A stretch of DNA of 64,000 nucleotides from Octopus vulgaris (GCA_951406725.2 OX597815.1:97464001-97528000); one strand, 5' to 3'; counted from the first letter of the stretch, positions 13,986 through 27,782 are shown. Notes: generated by a model from the sequence alone, not told the origin. Numbers and translations are program-made.

Positions 13986-15087
13986 GAGAAATTAGTTTTC
14001 TCACTGTAAGTATGTTTTATCACGCTCAAGAATCTTCAGACGGATACTGATTATATATTTTGAAGTAAATTATCTATTAAGTGATACTTAAACCTTCTGG
14101 AACATGAGTGTAGAATATTAACAAAGTTTCACAGAAAACAGTAAATCAAAAAGACGTGATTTACTTTGCTAAACATATAAGACCATATAATTTTGTTAGT
14201 GAAATATGAAAAATCGTTTCTATGAAATGAAATATCATGTTTACCATTCGTGAATTATTTGTTCTCGTTTAAAAGCCGTTTGAAAGAAAAATTAAGTTGG
14301 TTCGTTGTAATAGAAAAGATTTGATAAATAACAAAGTTGTCTCTCTGAGGAGTCTTGTCCTAAAACAACATGAAATGGACTGTTATTTCTGAAGCATTTG
14401 TAAATGTTAGGAGACATCAAAAACATGTTTATCTTAGACGCAAGTGTTGTTGTATGGTAAGACGATTGTTTCTCAATTATATGCTTCTGGGTTCAGTCCA
14501 ATTTCGTCGTACCTTCGACAACACTAAAAAAGCAACAAAAATCTAAGAGTGGACAGGGTGATGGTCACTTGCTCTAAAATGACATAAAAGAAGTCGTGCA
14601 GTGTGTAAAATACTAATATCGGCTATGGAAGTTCCAATGTTTCGGAGATATTGGATGCTGAGTGCTCAGTCTGCTAGAGATTCTGAAGCATATATACAAA
14701 AAAAGGAAGGACGAAGTTTGGTTAGAACCTTAGTGATGATTATGTTTTCGCTTAGTGTATTCCAAAGGGAACAGTTTTTAGCCAAGAGTTCTTTTATGAG
14801 AAGTGTACAGCTTAATCTGGACCCATTGCGGCATATGGAGGAGTATATCGTGATTGATTTAACCAAGTTTTTTTTTGTTCTGTTTTCATATTTTTAAAAT
14901 CGAGGCCATTCTAATTTGGATGCCTCCCATATGTTCTTTTGTCGATTGTTTCCAGCATTCACCCACAATTCGTCATATTTTTAACCACTTACTGCTCTGC
15001 CTTTTGCTCCATTTGTGGACGACCTATTTTGCCCCGTCAAATATAAAATTTTTAGATTTTTAAAATATTTCGAATACAATTATATAT

Positions 15088-15482
15088 GCGCAGGAGTGGC
15101 TGTGTGGTAAGTAGCTTGTTTACCAACCACATGGTTCCGGGTTCAGTCCCACTGCGTAGCATCTTGGGCAGGTGTCTTCTGCTATATCCCCGGGCCGACC
15201 AATGCCTTGTGAGTGGATTTGGTAGACGGAAACTGAAAGAAGCCTGTCGTATATATGTGTGTGTGAATATGTTTGTGTGTCTCTGTTTGTACCCCTAGCA
15301 TTGCTTGACAACCGATGCTGGTGTGTTTACCTCCCCGTCACTTAGCGGTTCGGCAAAAGAGACCGATAGAATAAGTACTGGGCTTACAAAGAATAAGTCC
15401 CGGGGTCGAGTTGCTCGACTAAAGGCGGTGCTCCAGCATGGCCGCAGTCAAATGACTGAAACATGTAAAAAAGTAAAAGAGT
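15088..15482 (+). mobile_element. Full-length tRNA-derived SINE (octopus OK/OR group) with CR1-type 3' tail
   Basis: A-box TGGCTGTGTGG, B-box GGTTCAGTCC, internal (TG)n, and tail GGCGGTGCTCCAGCATGGCCGCAGTCAAATGACTGAAAC shared with the CR1 copies at 60021 and 61345. Confidence 0.9.
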
Positions 15483-15909
15483 ATATGAATCGAGCATTCA
15501 AAATTGCCTCTCAATCCACTGGAAGTCCTTATCAGAATCACGATGCAATTTTTGAGTTTTTAAATCTGTTAACTGTTCCATGTTGTTTTTTATTTGAGTT
15601 TGATTTCAAAGTTTTGGAAACATGAGACATTATGCACCTCCACACTTTATATATGCTCGTGGGTGAGTGTATCGTAGTTTTATGTCATGAGTGCCATTCA
15701 ATCTCTTTTGCCTATATAAATTTCATCCAGTCGTTCACTACGTACGACTGGTGAAAAATCACTAATCATAGCGAATTTGCCGATATCCTTCTGGCGTAGA
15801 AATGGTGCCGATGTCTGACTCCTTGAACAAGATGTCTTTGGAGATACGACTGTTATGAAACAGTCATTTCATGATAATTTTCCCGCTCAAATATAGAGTT
15901 ATACATATT

Positions 15910-16310
15910 TTCACTTGTTTCAGTAAATATACTACGGCCATGCTGAGGCATCGCCTTGGGGAAGTCTAGTCGAATGAATCGACAGTAGTACGAATTCTTT
16001 GATATATTTTTATGTCTGGAACTTATTCTGCCGAACAGCTACTTTGCGGAGACATAAAAAAGACAAACACCGGATGCCAATCAGTAGTTGGACAGACACA
16101 CATATACACACACACACACATATACACACACATATATATATATACGACGAGATTTTCAATTTGCATCTACCAAAGCCATTCACAATCCTTTGGTCGGTCG
16201 AGAGCTATAGTAGAAGACCCTTACCCAAAGCACCAGTCACTGGGACTAAACAAGGAACCATGTGGTTTGCAAGCAAGCTTCTCAGCACACAACCACACCA
16301 GCACCTCACG
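15910..16310 (-). mobile_element. Diverged copy of the 15088-type SINE
   Basis: Reverse complement of the tail (CTTGTTTCAG...GGCCATGCTG) and head (GGAACCATGTGGTT). Confidence 0.8.
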
Positions 16311-16384
16311 CAACAACTTCTGCGCATGTTTGTGTGATTGTGTGTGCGCGCGCGTACGTGTGTGTTTGTGTGTGTAAGACGTGA

Positions 16385-16510
16385 CTTTTTCCGTTTCTGT
16401 CTAATCAAGTCACAAGTCATTGTTCGGTTACCCAAGGTTCTTCGCAGTGGGACTGAACCCAGATCTATGTAGCTGGGAAGAAAGCTCATTAACTAAATGC
16501 AAAACGTGCG
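16385..16510 (-). mobile_element. Partial head of the 15088-type SINE
   Basis: CGCAGTGGGACTGAACCC is the reverse complement of the B-box region. Confidence 0.7.
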
Positions 16511-17064
16511 TCCATATGATAGCTGTGCGTATGTGTGTGTGTGTATGTGTATGAGTGTATAATCACACACGTACACACAAGTAAATAACCTCCACTTAAA
16601 CTTGAACTGCAATAAACAAATGCAAAAATAAACTATTTGCTTTAGTCTATTAACCCTTCAACATTAATTGATTTAATGCCAATATGTAGCGTATCAAATT
16701 CTTAAAAGCAATATTTCTTTTTCTTCAGCAAAATATACTGATTTGCTAAAATAGTTAATTCCTCTCTCAACTCCCCTATTTGATCAATACTTCCAGTTGT
16801 TCTTATGTCGATCAACTAAAATATCGCCGTTGCTTGGAGATTGCACGTTTCTCAAACAAATGAAATCCAAAGAACTCATTCATATCAAGTTCATATTATT
16901 ATAGTATTATTGTTTAAATATTTTCAGAAATCGAATAACGGTGTGTGTGTGCGTGTGTCTGTGTCCGTCTGTCTCTGTGTGTGTGGTGGTATGTGTGTGT
17001 GCATTTGTATGTGCATATGTGTGTCTGTGTGTGTGTTTGTGTCTGTGTGTCTGTGTGTGTGAAA

Positions 17065-17260
17065 ATGCGTGACCTAGTGGTTACTACTTGTCACTTATAA
17101 TCGCAAGATGCCCAGACCGGCGGCGCATTGTGTTCTTGAGAAAAACACTTCGTTTTATATTGCACCACTACATTCAACTGAAAGTGCATAACTCAGCGAC
17201 AGACTAGCATTTCATCCAGAGGAATGGTTGGCTGCCCGCCTAGCAGGTGGGTTGGAATCA
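17065..17260 (+). mobile_element. Degraded CORE-like tRNA SINE (same family as 63750)
   Basis: GACCTAGTGGTTA...TTGTGTTCTTGAGAAAAACACTT. Confidence 0.6.
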
Positions 17261-17489
17261 TTCAATGGCTATAACAATATGAAGATGTCGCATTTTGACC
17301 AATGTTGTTGAACCATATCCGATAGTCTGGTCGATTAATTGACTGTATATGTGTTTGTGTGTGTGTGTGTGTGTGTGAGAAAGAGGGAGAGAGAGAGAGA
17401 AAGAGAGAAGGTTGCTGAATAGAAAATACAGGAGGATGAGTCAATTGTGATTTTATTCAATATAATCCCTACTGAAACTCACACACTTA

Positions 17490-17576
17490 TTACATCAGCC
17501 CTTGCTGTTTTTCTAAGCTTTGTAAAACAACTCGGAACGTTTGATCTCTAGGAATTTTTCTGCACCCCCTCGTGTT
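17490..17576 (-). mobile_element. mariner-like terminal fragment
   Basis: Minus strand CACGAGGGGGTGCAGAAAAATTCC resembles the mariner TIR start TACGAGGG..GAAAAGT. Confidence 0.5.
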
Positions 17577-17628
17577 TATGTATATATCCATATATATATA
17601 TATAGAGAGAGATAGATATGTGTGTGTG

Positions 17629-17669
<41 letters not shown>

Positions 17670-17739
17670 TGTGCATATATGGGCAAACATATATGCGTGT
17701 GCATGTGCGTATATGTAACTGTTGGTATGTACATAAGGT

Positions 17740-18110
17740 AATGAATTTGTCAGAGATGGTGTTTCGTTTCATATAATGTCCAGCCAAAATCGTTCTCCGG
17801 GGACGAAGACATCATACAAGCCAGGTTTGCATTTCATCGCTTCGGTGTTGTTGAGTATATGTCAGTTAGGTGACTTGAATTAGCGATAAGGTCAAGGTTC
17901 GAGCGAATAAGCTTGCTGTAGCTGCACCCGTATTTTGCAATCCGATAGCTTTGCTTTCGTCTAGAGTGAAGCATAACTCCATACACCCAAGTAGCTGGCG
18001 TTTCCTTCGATAGATTCAGTTAGCGAGGAGATTGGGTACATGCATCAATAGGAAACTGATGTGTCTTCTAAACAGGTTTTGTCCGAGGATGTAGAATTAT
18101 GTGGAGATGA
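17740..18110 (-). mobile_element. Highly degraded RTE-like LINE fragment
   Basis: Broken frame ..RRTILAGHYMKR resembles the RTE C-terminal RRLRLAGH motif. Confidence 0.35.
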
Positions 18111-18157
18111 AAGGTTATCATTGGCATATACATATAGGCATATAATTACATATATAA

Positions 18158-18202
<45 letters not shown>

Positions 18203-18376
18203 ATAAGGGCAAGTCTTAAGTCTATTTTTCAGCATATTAGCATAGAATTTTATTTTTTTTTCACTTTTGCACTTATTCATAATTGTTTATAATTTTCACC
18301 TTAGAAGGTATTTTAATATGCTGGCCACTAGTAATTTTTTCTTCGAAAACCAATTTTATCCCTATATTAGAAGAGT

Positions 18377-18446
<70 letters not shown>

Positions 18447-18537
18447 ATATGTATATGTGTATGTATGTATATGTGTATATATATATATGTATATATGTGT
18501 GTATATATATGTATATATGTGTGTATATATGTATATG

Positions 18538-18582
<45 letters not shown>

Positions 18583-19374
18583 ATACAGATAGGCATATAT
18601 ATGTGTATATATGTGTATATATATATAACACGTATTGTAAATACACCTTCGCACACACAGACACATGCATACACAGACATACATATATTTATACTAGCAC
18701 ATATATGCCTGTTACCACGTGAGGCTATGTAAATGTAAGTTTGTGTGTGTGTGGTGTATATCCTTCGTGTAGCAGAATCAAAACATATATTTTCTGCAAT
18801 CATGGTTTCCTGGAGAAAAAGTCTAATTGAATAGTGAAAAACCACAGTCATTACCGTGTATCTCCGAGACTTTTCTTACAAATTTCAAGATAACTAGAGG
18901 AGGATTTTTTCTTTGGTCAATTAAGCGGATTTCTCTTTGATAATTTCAATAAATTTAAGAGGTTACGCTGTGGTTGGCTAAAATATGATGTTTTATGTTA
19001 CTGGCAATTACAAACAGAAATTTAGTTTTTAGAGAGTTTATGCGGAAGTAGATGCAATCTCTAGGATAGAAACTAGATCACTTTGAAGTAAATTAGATAG
19101 CTAATATGCAGAATTCTTCCCTTGGAGCAATTCATTTCAAATGTATAAATGGCTGAAATAGCTCTTCGTATTGCTTATAAATATATTTTCTTTTACATTT
19201 ACCACGAGAGCACAAATAGACATGAAATGATTTGTGTTTCAATCCAAGTATTTCTTGCTCAGCTCATGCATAATTTGTTTATACTCAGGGATTTAATGAA
19301 GGCTCTTCACGAAGTAAACATCGATTAATTGGAGTGCAAGGAATAACGAGTGTGTGTATATATATATATATGAA

Positions 19375-19565
19375 GTTAATCGAAACATGAGAACACAAAG
19401 AGAAAAAACAACAACGCAGGGACGTAGAACAAATATAGTATTGTTGGACCCTCAGTAAAGAAGGAAAGAAGGAAGGCTTAACGTTTCGAGCGGAGCTCTT
19501 CGTCAGAAACATAAGAAAAGGAAAAATCCAAAGAAGGGAAGACGCGGGAAAAAAATCACCAACTG
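19375..19565 (-). mobile_element. Hammerhead-like short repeat, copy 2 (best conserved core)
   Basis: Minus strand 19510-19475 reads GTTT-CTGACGA-A-GAGC-TCC-GCTC-GAAAC-GTT-AAGC. Confidence 0.65.
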
Positions 19566-19591
19566 TATATACATACATACATATATTCATA

Positions 19592-19622
<31 letters not shown>

Positions 19623-19639
19623 GAAAGAGGGATAAATGC

Positions 19640-20233
19640 CTTGCATGTGTTTTCCCAATTCTATAGGGTTGCCATGCATGACACATTCCGCAACACTCAC
19701 CAAGTCTGCTATAAGAATTTTGAACTTGGCATCACAAAAGCACAGAGGAGTGCAAGATCGTTACCAAAAGTCGGGGTCAAAGGCAGCAAAAAGTTAGCGG
19801 GGTAAGGGGACTGGCGTTAAGGTGGGTGATATTGCTATAAGGGGACTGGCGTTATAGGTGGGTATATATTGCTACATATATATACATATATATATATATA
19901 TACATGGTTTAATACATACATACATACATATATTCATATATATATATATATATATATGAAAGAGAGATAAATGTCTACGTGCGCATATTAGTCCATGTAT
20001 TAAACCATGTATATATACATATATATATATATTGTAGCAATATCACCCACCTTAACGCCAGTCCCCTTACCCCGCTAACTTTTTGCTGCCTTTGACCCCG
20101 ACCTTTGGTAACGATCTTGCATTTCTCTGTGCTTTTGTGATGCCAAGTTATAAATTCTTATAGCAGACTTGGTGAGTGTTGCGGAATGTGTCATGCATGG
20201 GCAACCCTATAGAATTGGGAAAACACATGCAAG
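19640..20233. repeat. Long near-perfect inverted duplication (arms 19640-19917 and 19995-20233)
   Basis: CTTGCATGTGTTTTCCCAATTCTATAGGG... is reverse-complemented at ...CCCTATAGAATTGGGAAAACACATGCAAG. Confidence 0.95.
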
Positions 20234-21315
20234 CAGTTCTCTGGCTACAACCAAATGGACAAGATTAGACTGGGATAAATACAAAGCCATCATAGAGTAA
20301 TGCAAAGAGGATCTGCCCGCTATACTAGAGGAAATCTTGGAACAGCACAGAAAGAAACAGAAAGATAGATAAGGCCAATTCATAGTATGACAACCACAAA
20401 TACCAGAGCGTCACGTACGTTGATACTGCCCATGGCGGCGAACTAACAGATCTTTTTTAGAAAGGCATTAGACAAGGCTGAATTACGGATTAAAGTAGCA
20501 GAAAATTATGGAGTTTCCACAAAATCCATGATCTGCAGAACTTATCCACTCGATAGATTCCCATATATGGGGAACAATTGTATATATAGGATGAACTCAC
20601 AGCGTAACTGTAATGTTAGGAATATAGTGTATAGCTTACGGTGTACTGAGGGATGGTGCAGAAATAAGACTTCTTACATTGCAGACAGCACGCAGCATAT
20701 GGGAGCATATAGGAGAAAGACTCGTTTGTACTCTACCAACATGCTCAAGCAACGCAGAGAGGCTAAGTTAATAACATACATGTTATGGTATTATCAATGC
20801 ATAGGGCTGACACAGCACTTAGATAGATTACAGAGGCTACACATAGTAATAGACACACAAACTCAATAGAAAACACGGATGGGGCAATAACATCAACCAT
20901 CAAACCAGGCAGCATGACGACTAAATACAGAAGGGAGAAAAAAAGCATAAAAGAAAAAGTGTAATACACACAGTTGACAAATATGTGCATTCCGATGATA
21001 AATATAAGAAATAGAGTTAAATAGGTAAGCACAGTAAGAAGTGTAAAAGGTACTGGTACAGACAACATAATAAGTGAACCCATATTCATACAGAAACACA
21101 CATACAGTAACTTCAGAAGTGGCCACAACATCAACAACGCCAACAACAACAGCTGCAACAACGGTAGCAACAACTACTACTACGACTATGGCAGAAGCGT
21201 GGGCGAACACAAAAACACAGAGAGATGCAGGAGCGGTACCAAAAGTCGGGGTCAAAGGTAGCAACAGCGACAACGGGGGAGGGGACTGGGGTTAAGTTTG
21301 GGTGATATTGCTATT
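20033..21315. mobile_element. ~1.28-kb element bounded by ~110-bp imperfect TIRs, carrying a decayed Penelope-like fragment
   Basis: TGTAGCAATATCACCC...(20033-20144) pairs with ...GGGTGATATTGCTA (21202-21315). Internal + strand frames read YQSVTYVDTAHGGEL..FRKALDKAELRIKVAE..G.STKSMICRTYP...NCNVRNIVYSLRC...SYIADS (linker + GIY-YIG-like). Confidence 0.7.
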
Positions 21316-21663
21316 AAGAACAACGACACACACACATGTATACATACACAGAAATGTAGACTCAAACGCATGCGCAAATTAGGATAATCATCATAGAACA
21401 GAATAGACTAAGCAAGGCAGGAGCACACACAAAGACGGAAAATGCCACTGAAGAGGTCACGGATGTGTGACAAAATATTTCCGGAGGACGGTCATGTGTT
21501 AAAATAAGCACAGTAATGAATGAGTGAAGAACGAATATATAGTGAATGTGTTTATTTGGTGAAAAAAGAAATGATCATCTTGAAATATAACAATATCTGC
21601 TTCAACACACAGTTTCATAACAGGAAACGTGAAACATAAATTCATAAACGTACGTTTGTAGGG

Positions 21664-22010
21664 AGAGATGTTTTTCCTAAAATACAAAAATTATAGTGCT
21701 TTCAATTTTCTCATTATTTATTCGATACCTTTCAGTTTCTATTGTAAAGGTAAAGCTACACGGCATACATGCATACACACACATATATGTGCGTGTGTGT
21801 ATGCATTTCTCTTTATGTACATATTACATTTACATACACAGAAGCACACACACACGCACACATAAATATATATATATACATACATGCACGCGTATATATA
21901 TATATATGTGTGTGTGTGTGTCCATGTATATGTATGTATGCATGCATGCATGTATGCATATATATATATATATATATGTATGTATATATGTATGTATATA
22001 TGTATATATG

Positions 22011-22061
<51 letters not shown>

Positions 22062-22158
22062 TTATATGCAGTGTAGCTTTACCTTTACAATAGGAACTGG
22101 AATGTATCTAACGAGAAAATTGAAAGCACTATAATTTTCTATTTTAGGAAATATCTCT
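21664..22158. repeat. Inverted repeat (~95-bp arms) around a (TA/TG)n spacer
   Basis: AAAATTATAGTGCTTTCAATTTTCTC...CTATTGTAAAGGTAAAGCTACAC (21664-21767) vs GTGTAGCTTTACCTTTACAATAG...GAGAAAATTGAAAGCACTATAATTTT (22065-22158). Confidence 0.9.
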
Positions 22159-22624
22159 ATATACTGTACTTATACTTCAAGTTTTAAAATGAAATAGAAT
22201 ACTATACATAGCCAAACATTATTTAATATTTTCTAACATGAGGAACGGGGAAAAGATTTAATAAATGATAAAAACTTTTGCGTCTTCTAAATCATTCGAT
22301 TGTATCTTTGGTGCTTGTTTTAATTTCACCTCAAAATGCACGTGCTTAATAGAACTCTTCCTGTGTTAAACTTACCAAACCAACAAGTATACTTCGTCGC
22401 CATGACAATATTTTTTGAATAGAAAGAGGTTGTTTGAATGTGGTCACTCAGCGTGATAGGAATAGGAACCAAAACAATGGTGTTACTGTTGACATTATGA
22501 AAATTTCTTATATAAATCTCTTGGATACAGGGGGTGCCTTGTGCTATATCAAAATTAAAGGCCTAAATACGGTACAGCACAGTCTATAACATTTCTGAAA
22601 CACAGTTATATCGGATCGTACACA

Positions 22625-23085
22625 TGTTTTGTTTTCGCATAAAAGATGGACTGTAGCAAATATTGTGATGAATACAACAGATTTATTTGTCAGTTGCTTG
22701 ACTTTCACTGGTTGAGCATATTCCTGAGTAGCTGACTATATGTTCATCACTTATCACAAGCAAAAGTAGTGGGGGCTTCATAGCCATGTATTGAGAGAAA
22801 CATAGGTGTTTCGTTCATCTTCCTCAAACAAACTTTTTTGAGGGACCTTTTGAGAAGGATTTGTAATTCGATCTGAAAAGGTTTTAACTCGGCCTCACCT
22901 GCAGGTTAACGCGCCATATGTCTTGATATGAAATAATAATGTTACGTGAATATGGTTGTGATGCATGTGCCTTTTGTATCCTTATCAGATGGGTGATCAT
23001 GATGGGTATATTTTGCTTCGTATATTTGTTCCCTAGTGCCACTTTTGTAGCATATATTGCTCTCTCACTCGATGATAATAATAGA
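22625..23085 (+). mobile_element. ~500-bp non-coding interspersed repeat ending CTCTCTCAC+(TAA)n, copy 1
   Basis: Homologous to 27150-27685 (+) and 52157-52700 (-). Confidence 0.75.
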
Positions 23086-23189
23086 AATACCACTAAGAGA
23101 GGGCGACTGATTGAGTGAGTGAGTGAGTGAGTGAGAGAATGAGAGAGAGAGAGATAGAGAGAGAAATATAATATACTAGTGAACTACCG

Positions 23190-23325
23190 ACCACGAACAA
23201 TGAAAAGGCAAGTCGACCTCAGGGAAATTTTAACTCAAAACATAAAGACGGACAAAATAACGTGAAACATTCTGTCCAGTGTGCTAACGGTTCATTTAGC
23301 ACGCAGCAGTCGCTCGTCGCTTTAA
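23190..23325 (-). mobile_element. Partial AAGGCGG-type SINE
   Basis: GAAAAGGCAAGTCGACCTCAGGGAAATTTTAACTC...GTGCTAACG. Confidence 0.6.
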
Positions 23326-24123
23326 TAATAATAATGATAATGATAATTAGATATAATGAATGTCAAAATGGATAGCAAAAATACAGCATACTCGTTAAAA
23401 GTATAAGTATATTAGTTGCAATAAACTGAACATCATACTCCCATGTCGTGGTCAACGAAGTATTTTCATATTACCTATATAATTCAATGCGTAACAGTAA
23501 ATTTTTTGTTATCTCCCTTGAATTTGTTTTATTGCTGCACGCATTGTTCAATGATTATTTTTCTCTCGATTCTTAGTTCTTTCAAACATTTGGGCTTCAA
23601 ACAAAAAATATTCTAGTGCTTTCTGAAGTATTAGCATGCATATTTCTTCTCAGGAAAGTGGCATGCAGCTATAACAAAATTTTCGTCTGACTATAGATGT
23701 AAAAAATATATTCACTTCGTGTCATCCCTCATATGCTATATAGTATGGAATTTGTGGTATCAATAAAAACAAACACAAAAATATTTACCTAAGAAATTAC
23801 CTAAGAAATTATTCGCAATTAGGAACTGCAAGATAATGAAACAAGCATTCGAAGGCAAAAGTGGCATTAGAAAACAGATACAGTGCTCCATTCCCTCCAA
23901 TTAGTTGATTTTGTTGCTCAAACCGTAAAGAACTGGAGAATTAAACATAGACTTTAGATATCAGCAGCTCTGCATCGGCCAGCTCACATCTTTTGGATTG
24001 GGTTCACTGCAGCAGAAACTGAAACCAATCAGCTATGAAGATATTTCGATAATATCTAACTTTTATTATATTCAAACAATCTATCATCTCAATCGACCTA
24101 ACACATCTACCGTCATCAATTAA

Positions 24124-24185
<62 letters not shown>

Positions 24186-24433
24186 GTCTCATGACACAAA
24201 TGAAACAGAAATTTCCACTTCAATATTATCTTTTCTTTATTTTCTGTATTCCAAATTAGTAAGAGGAGCAATATCTCTATTGAATATCTGAAATTACTTA
24301 TATTGATGATATTTCATAATTTTCTTCAATAAGAACTAAGGTTACGAAGCAATCAGAATATTATAAATGTGTTTGTATTAGATGTGTGTCTGAGTACAAG
24401 ATGCCACAAACATACAATACAGTACACACACAA

Positions 24434-24465
<32 letters not shown>

Positions 24466-25299
24466 ACACATGCACGCGTACTCACTCTTACACTCACATG
24501 TATAGTATACGTATCATTATACAATTAAGTATGTTTAAAACTAATTCTCGGGAAAAAGAAATTCATCTAGTTGACTTGTTAATAACAAAAGACAACTTAA
24601 AATTGTAATGAAAACAAAAGTCTAGAAAATAAATTAGTTAATTACAAACGATAAAATTAGTTAGCAGACAGATAAATGGCATGGACCATAAATTTAAATT
24701 ATAGCATACGATAAACTCTACTTCTACGCCATCGAACGGCAACTAATAAAAACAACTTAAGCAGCTTAATAACCAATAGACACGTTAATTGAACCAAAAA
24801 TTAAAATAGATATATAATTATATATAAGTCTAAAATTGGTATATGTTTCTGTGTGTGTGATATTAACAAACGTTTCGTAGATATAACATGAATATTATAG
24901 GAATGTATTAACTTTAAGCAAAGAACTCAAAGATATACCAAAAAATATTTTTGAATGTTATAAAAATTAACGTAAAAACAGATAACAGTTTAATACTAGA
25001 AGAAAGCAAATCAGATTTTACATAAAGGGAAATGTATTTTGTCTTCAGTATTCCTAGACAAAGTACTGGATTTGGTACAAATGCATGTCCTATATGCACG
25101 TCTTCTATGTCCATTTGTGTATGTAATAATGTAGCAAATATTCCAGTGTCGACTGTATATTTTGGGCTCCAGTGTTTACATTAAAGTAAACAGAGATTAA
25201 CATACACATATACACAACTACGCACACACACACACACATATATATGCATACATGTATGGGTGTGGATATACATAAATATCTTCTGCGATGTAAATATAC

Positions 25300-25575
25300 A
25301 CGTGCTGTTGGCGATTTCTTTTCCCTCTCGGGATTTTTCCAAATTCTTTTCCGACAAAGACATATGCTCGAAACATCAAACTTTCTAATTTTATCGAACG
25401 ATTTCTTTTCCTTCTTTGGACATTTTCCATCCTCCTTTCCGGCGAAGAACTATGTTCGAAACGTCAAACTCTCTCTCTTTCCATCGACCGTCAAGCTAAT
25501 ACAGTTCTTGTACACGTCTTCTTGTTGTCCGTTAGTTTTACTCGTTTATTTATATTTAATGTTTATTTGTTTTCA
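25300..25575 (+). mobile_element. Hammerhead-like short repeat with two tandem degenerate cores
   Basis: CCGACAA-A-GACATATGCTC-GAAACATC (~25351) and CCGGCGA-A-GAAC-TAT-GTTC-GAAACGTC-AAAC (~25439). Confidence 0.55.
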
Positions 25576-25599
25576 CATACACACACACACATATATATG

Positions 25600-25651
<52 letters not shown>

Positions 25652-25726
25652 GAGAGGGAGAGAGCAAAGTGAAAGAGGGATAGGTAGACTGATATAGATA
25701 GAAAGATAGATAGGTAGGTAGGTAGG

Positions 25727-25823
<97 letters not shown>

Positions 25824-27149
25824 GTCGGACACAATGGCTAAAATAATATTACTATACGAGAATGAAAACAAAACTTAAGACATTGCTTTCATTATATCTG
25901 TGTCCGATATGCTCCTGATAGAGAGATAATGTGTGTCTGTGTGTGTGTGTATGTGTGCGTGTGTGAGTTGACGGATGAACAGTCAAACGCGTGCAATAAT
26001 GCAAGTAGGCTGTATATATTTTGCTATATTTTCGTCTGGAATCGTTTTATATTTTGTCCTTAAGCTGCATTGCTTTCTTTAAGATATTTATCACGCTAGT
26101 TAATTTGCTATTATCATTTAATGACGAAAGCGATTAAACGTACGTTCTGTTTATTAAGTAATTGTTTACCGATATATCTACTATTTCATAATCTGCAATA
26201 TAATTTCATAGATAATTGGAAGATTTCAACAATTATTTAACGCATATGTGTGTATGTGTGTGAGTATTTGTGTATCTGTATGTATAGTAGAATTCGTAGA
26301 AAAAGAATTATTTATACTTGGATTGCAATTAATACGTACATTTTCAGTGATTACGTAACAATTTGTTGCGTAGGTCGCATTGTCATCAGTCGATTATAAG
26401 CAACTAGACAGAATAAAAAGAAATGAGTTATGAAAACAATAGGATGAACATTGGAAAGAAAGAAGCATAGAAAGAGATAAATGATAAAAGAGACAATAGT
26501 TAGAAATGCATATTAGGAAGAAGAGGAGCAATAAAAATAACTTTATGATAAAAAAAATAATTAAGTAGATTGAAAGACTAATAAACTTTAACCACAGACA
26601 GAAACAAAATAAATATAAATTGCAATAAACGAAGAGGAGATAGATTAATATTTAAAGAAGCTGGGAAATATGATATTTTAGCTGGCATTTTTAGGAAAAT
26701 CAGGAACCACGCATACTGTCTCAAGTGTATAACGTCTTGTATTTTAGAAAATATTTATTAACCCAATTCACTGCTATTAAGTTCTCATATCATAAACTGA
26801 ATTAGAGATATCCAATATTGCCATTTCATTATACTATAGAATAATGACAGTCAGTTTTAATGCTAATTATTAATCACACAAGTAAAGGGTGAAAACAAAA
26901 CATTAATAGTAATTTTGATAACATTAACAATACTATCATCGTTAACAACGTTCATACAGCTATATCAATAATAGAAGTACTAAACATAAGTTGAAATAAA
27001 TGATACTAATACAACTGATAATACTAGTGACAATAACAAGTGACTCTAATTGTTATTATTTTTAAGAATAAAATGTTAATGTAGAAGAGCAATACTTTTG
27101 AAGCTTACCATGATAGTAGCATCAAAAATGAAGAAAAATAAGTAAGATT

Positions 27150-27684
27150 AATGATGCCGTGTCAGCCTCTGATGTTAAGTGATTGGAAGTGTTCTCATAT
27201 ACAAGTGTTCGCTTGCTATAAAAGATGAGCTACAGCAAATATTCTGCTCAATACAGCATATTTGCTTGTCAGTTGCTTGACCTCAACCAGTTGTTCATGT
27301 CCCTTAGTGGCTGATGATATGTGTATCTCTGATAACGAGCGGAAGTAGTAGGAGAGCATCATAAGCATGTGTTAGGCGGAATTCTTTAGGGTTTGGATAA
27401 TTCACCTCTGGGAACATGGGTGTTTCGTTCAATATCCTTAAATAAGTCTTATTAAGGGACCTTTCGAGAGGCATTGGTTACTCGACCAAAAGAAAATTCT
27501 AACTGGACCCCACCTGCAATTGTATATGCTATTTTTTATTGATATGAGATTACAGTGTCGCGCACATATGGTTGTGATGCGCCTAACTTACTCTTATAAG
27601 AAAGATAGTGATGGCGGGTATATTGGGCTTCGTACTTTTCTGCCCCAGAGAAACTTATATGTCATAAGCAGCTCTCTCACCAAA

Positions 27685-27685
<1 letters not shown>
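27150..27685 (+). mobile_element. ~500-bp interspersed repeat, copy 2
   Basis: CTACAGCAAATATTCTGCTCAATAC...CCCTTAGTGGCTGA...CTCTCTCAC followed by (TAC)n(TAA)n. Confidence 0.8.
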
Positions 27686-27716
<31 letters not shown>

Positions 27717-27718
27717 AC

Positions 27719-27781
<63 letters not shown>

Positions 27782-27782
27782 C

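Noticed and set aside
14580-15085. Possible DNA-transposon relic around ORFs 14601-15063
   Set aside because: No transposase motif or TIR could be recognised.
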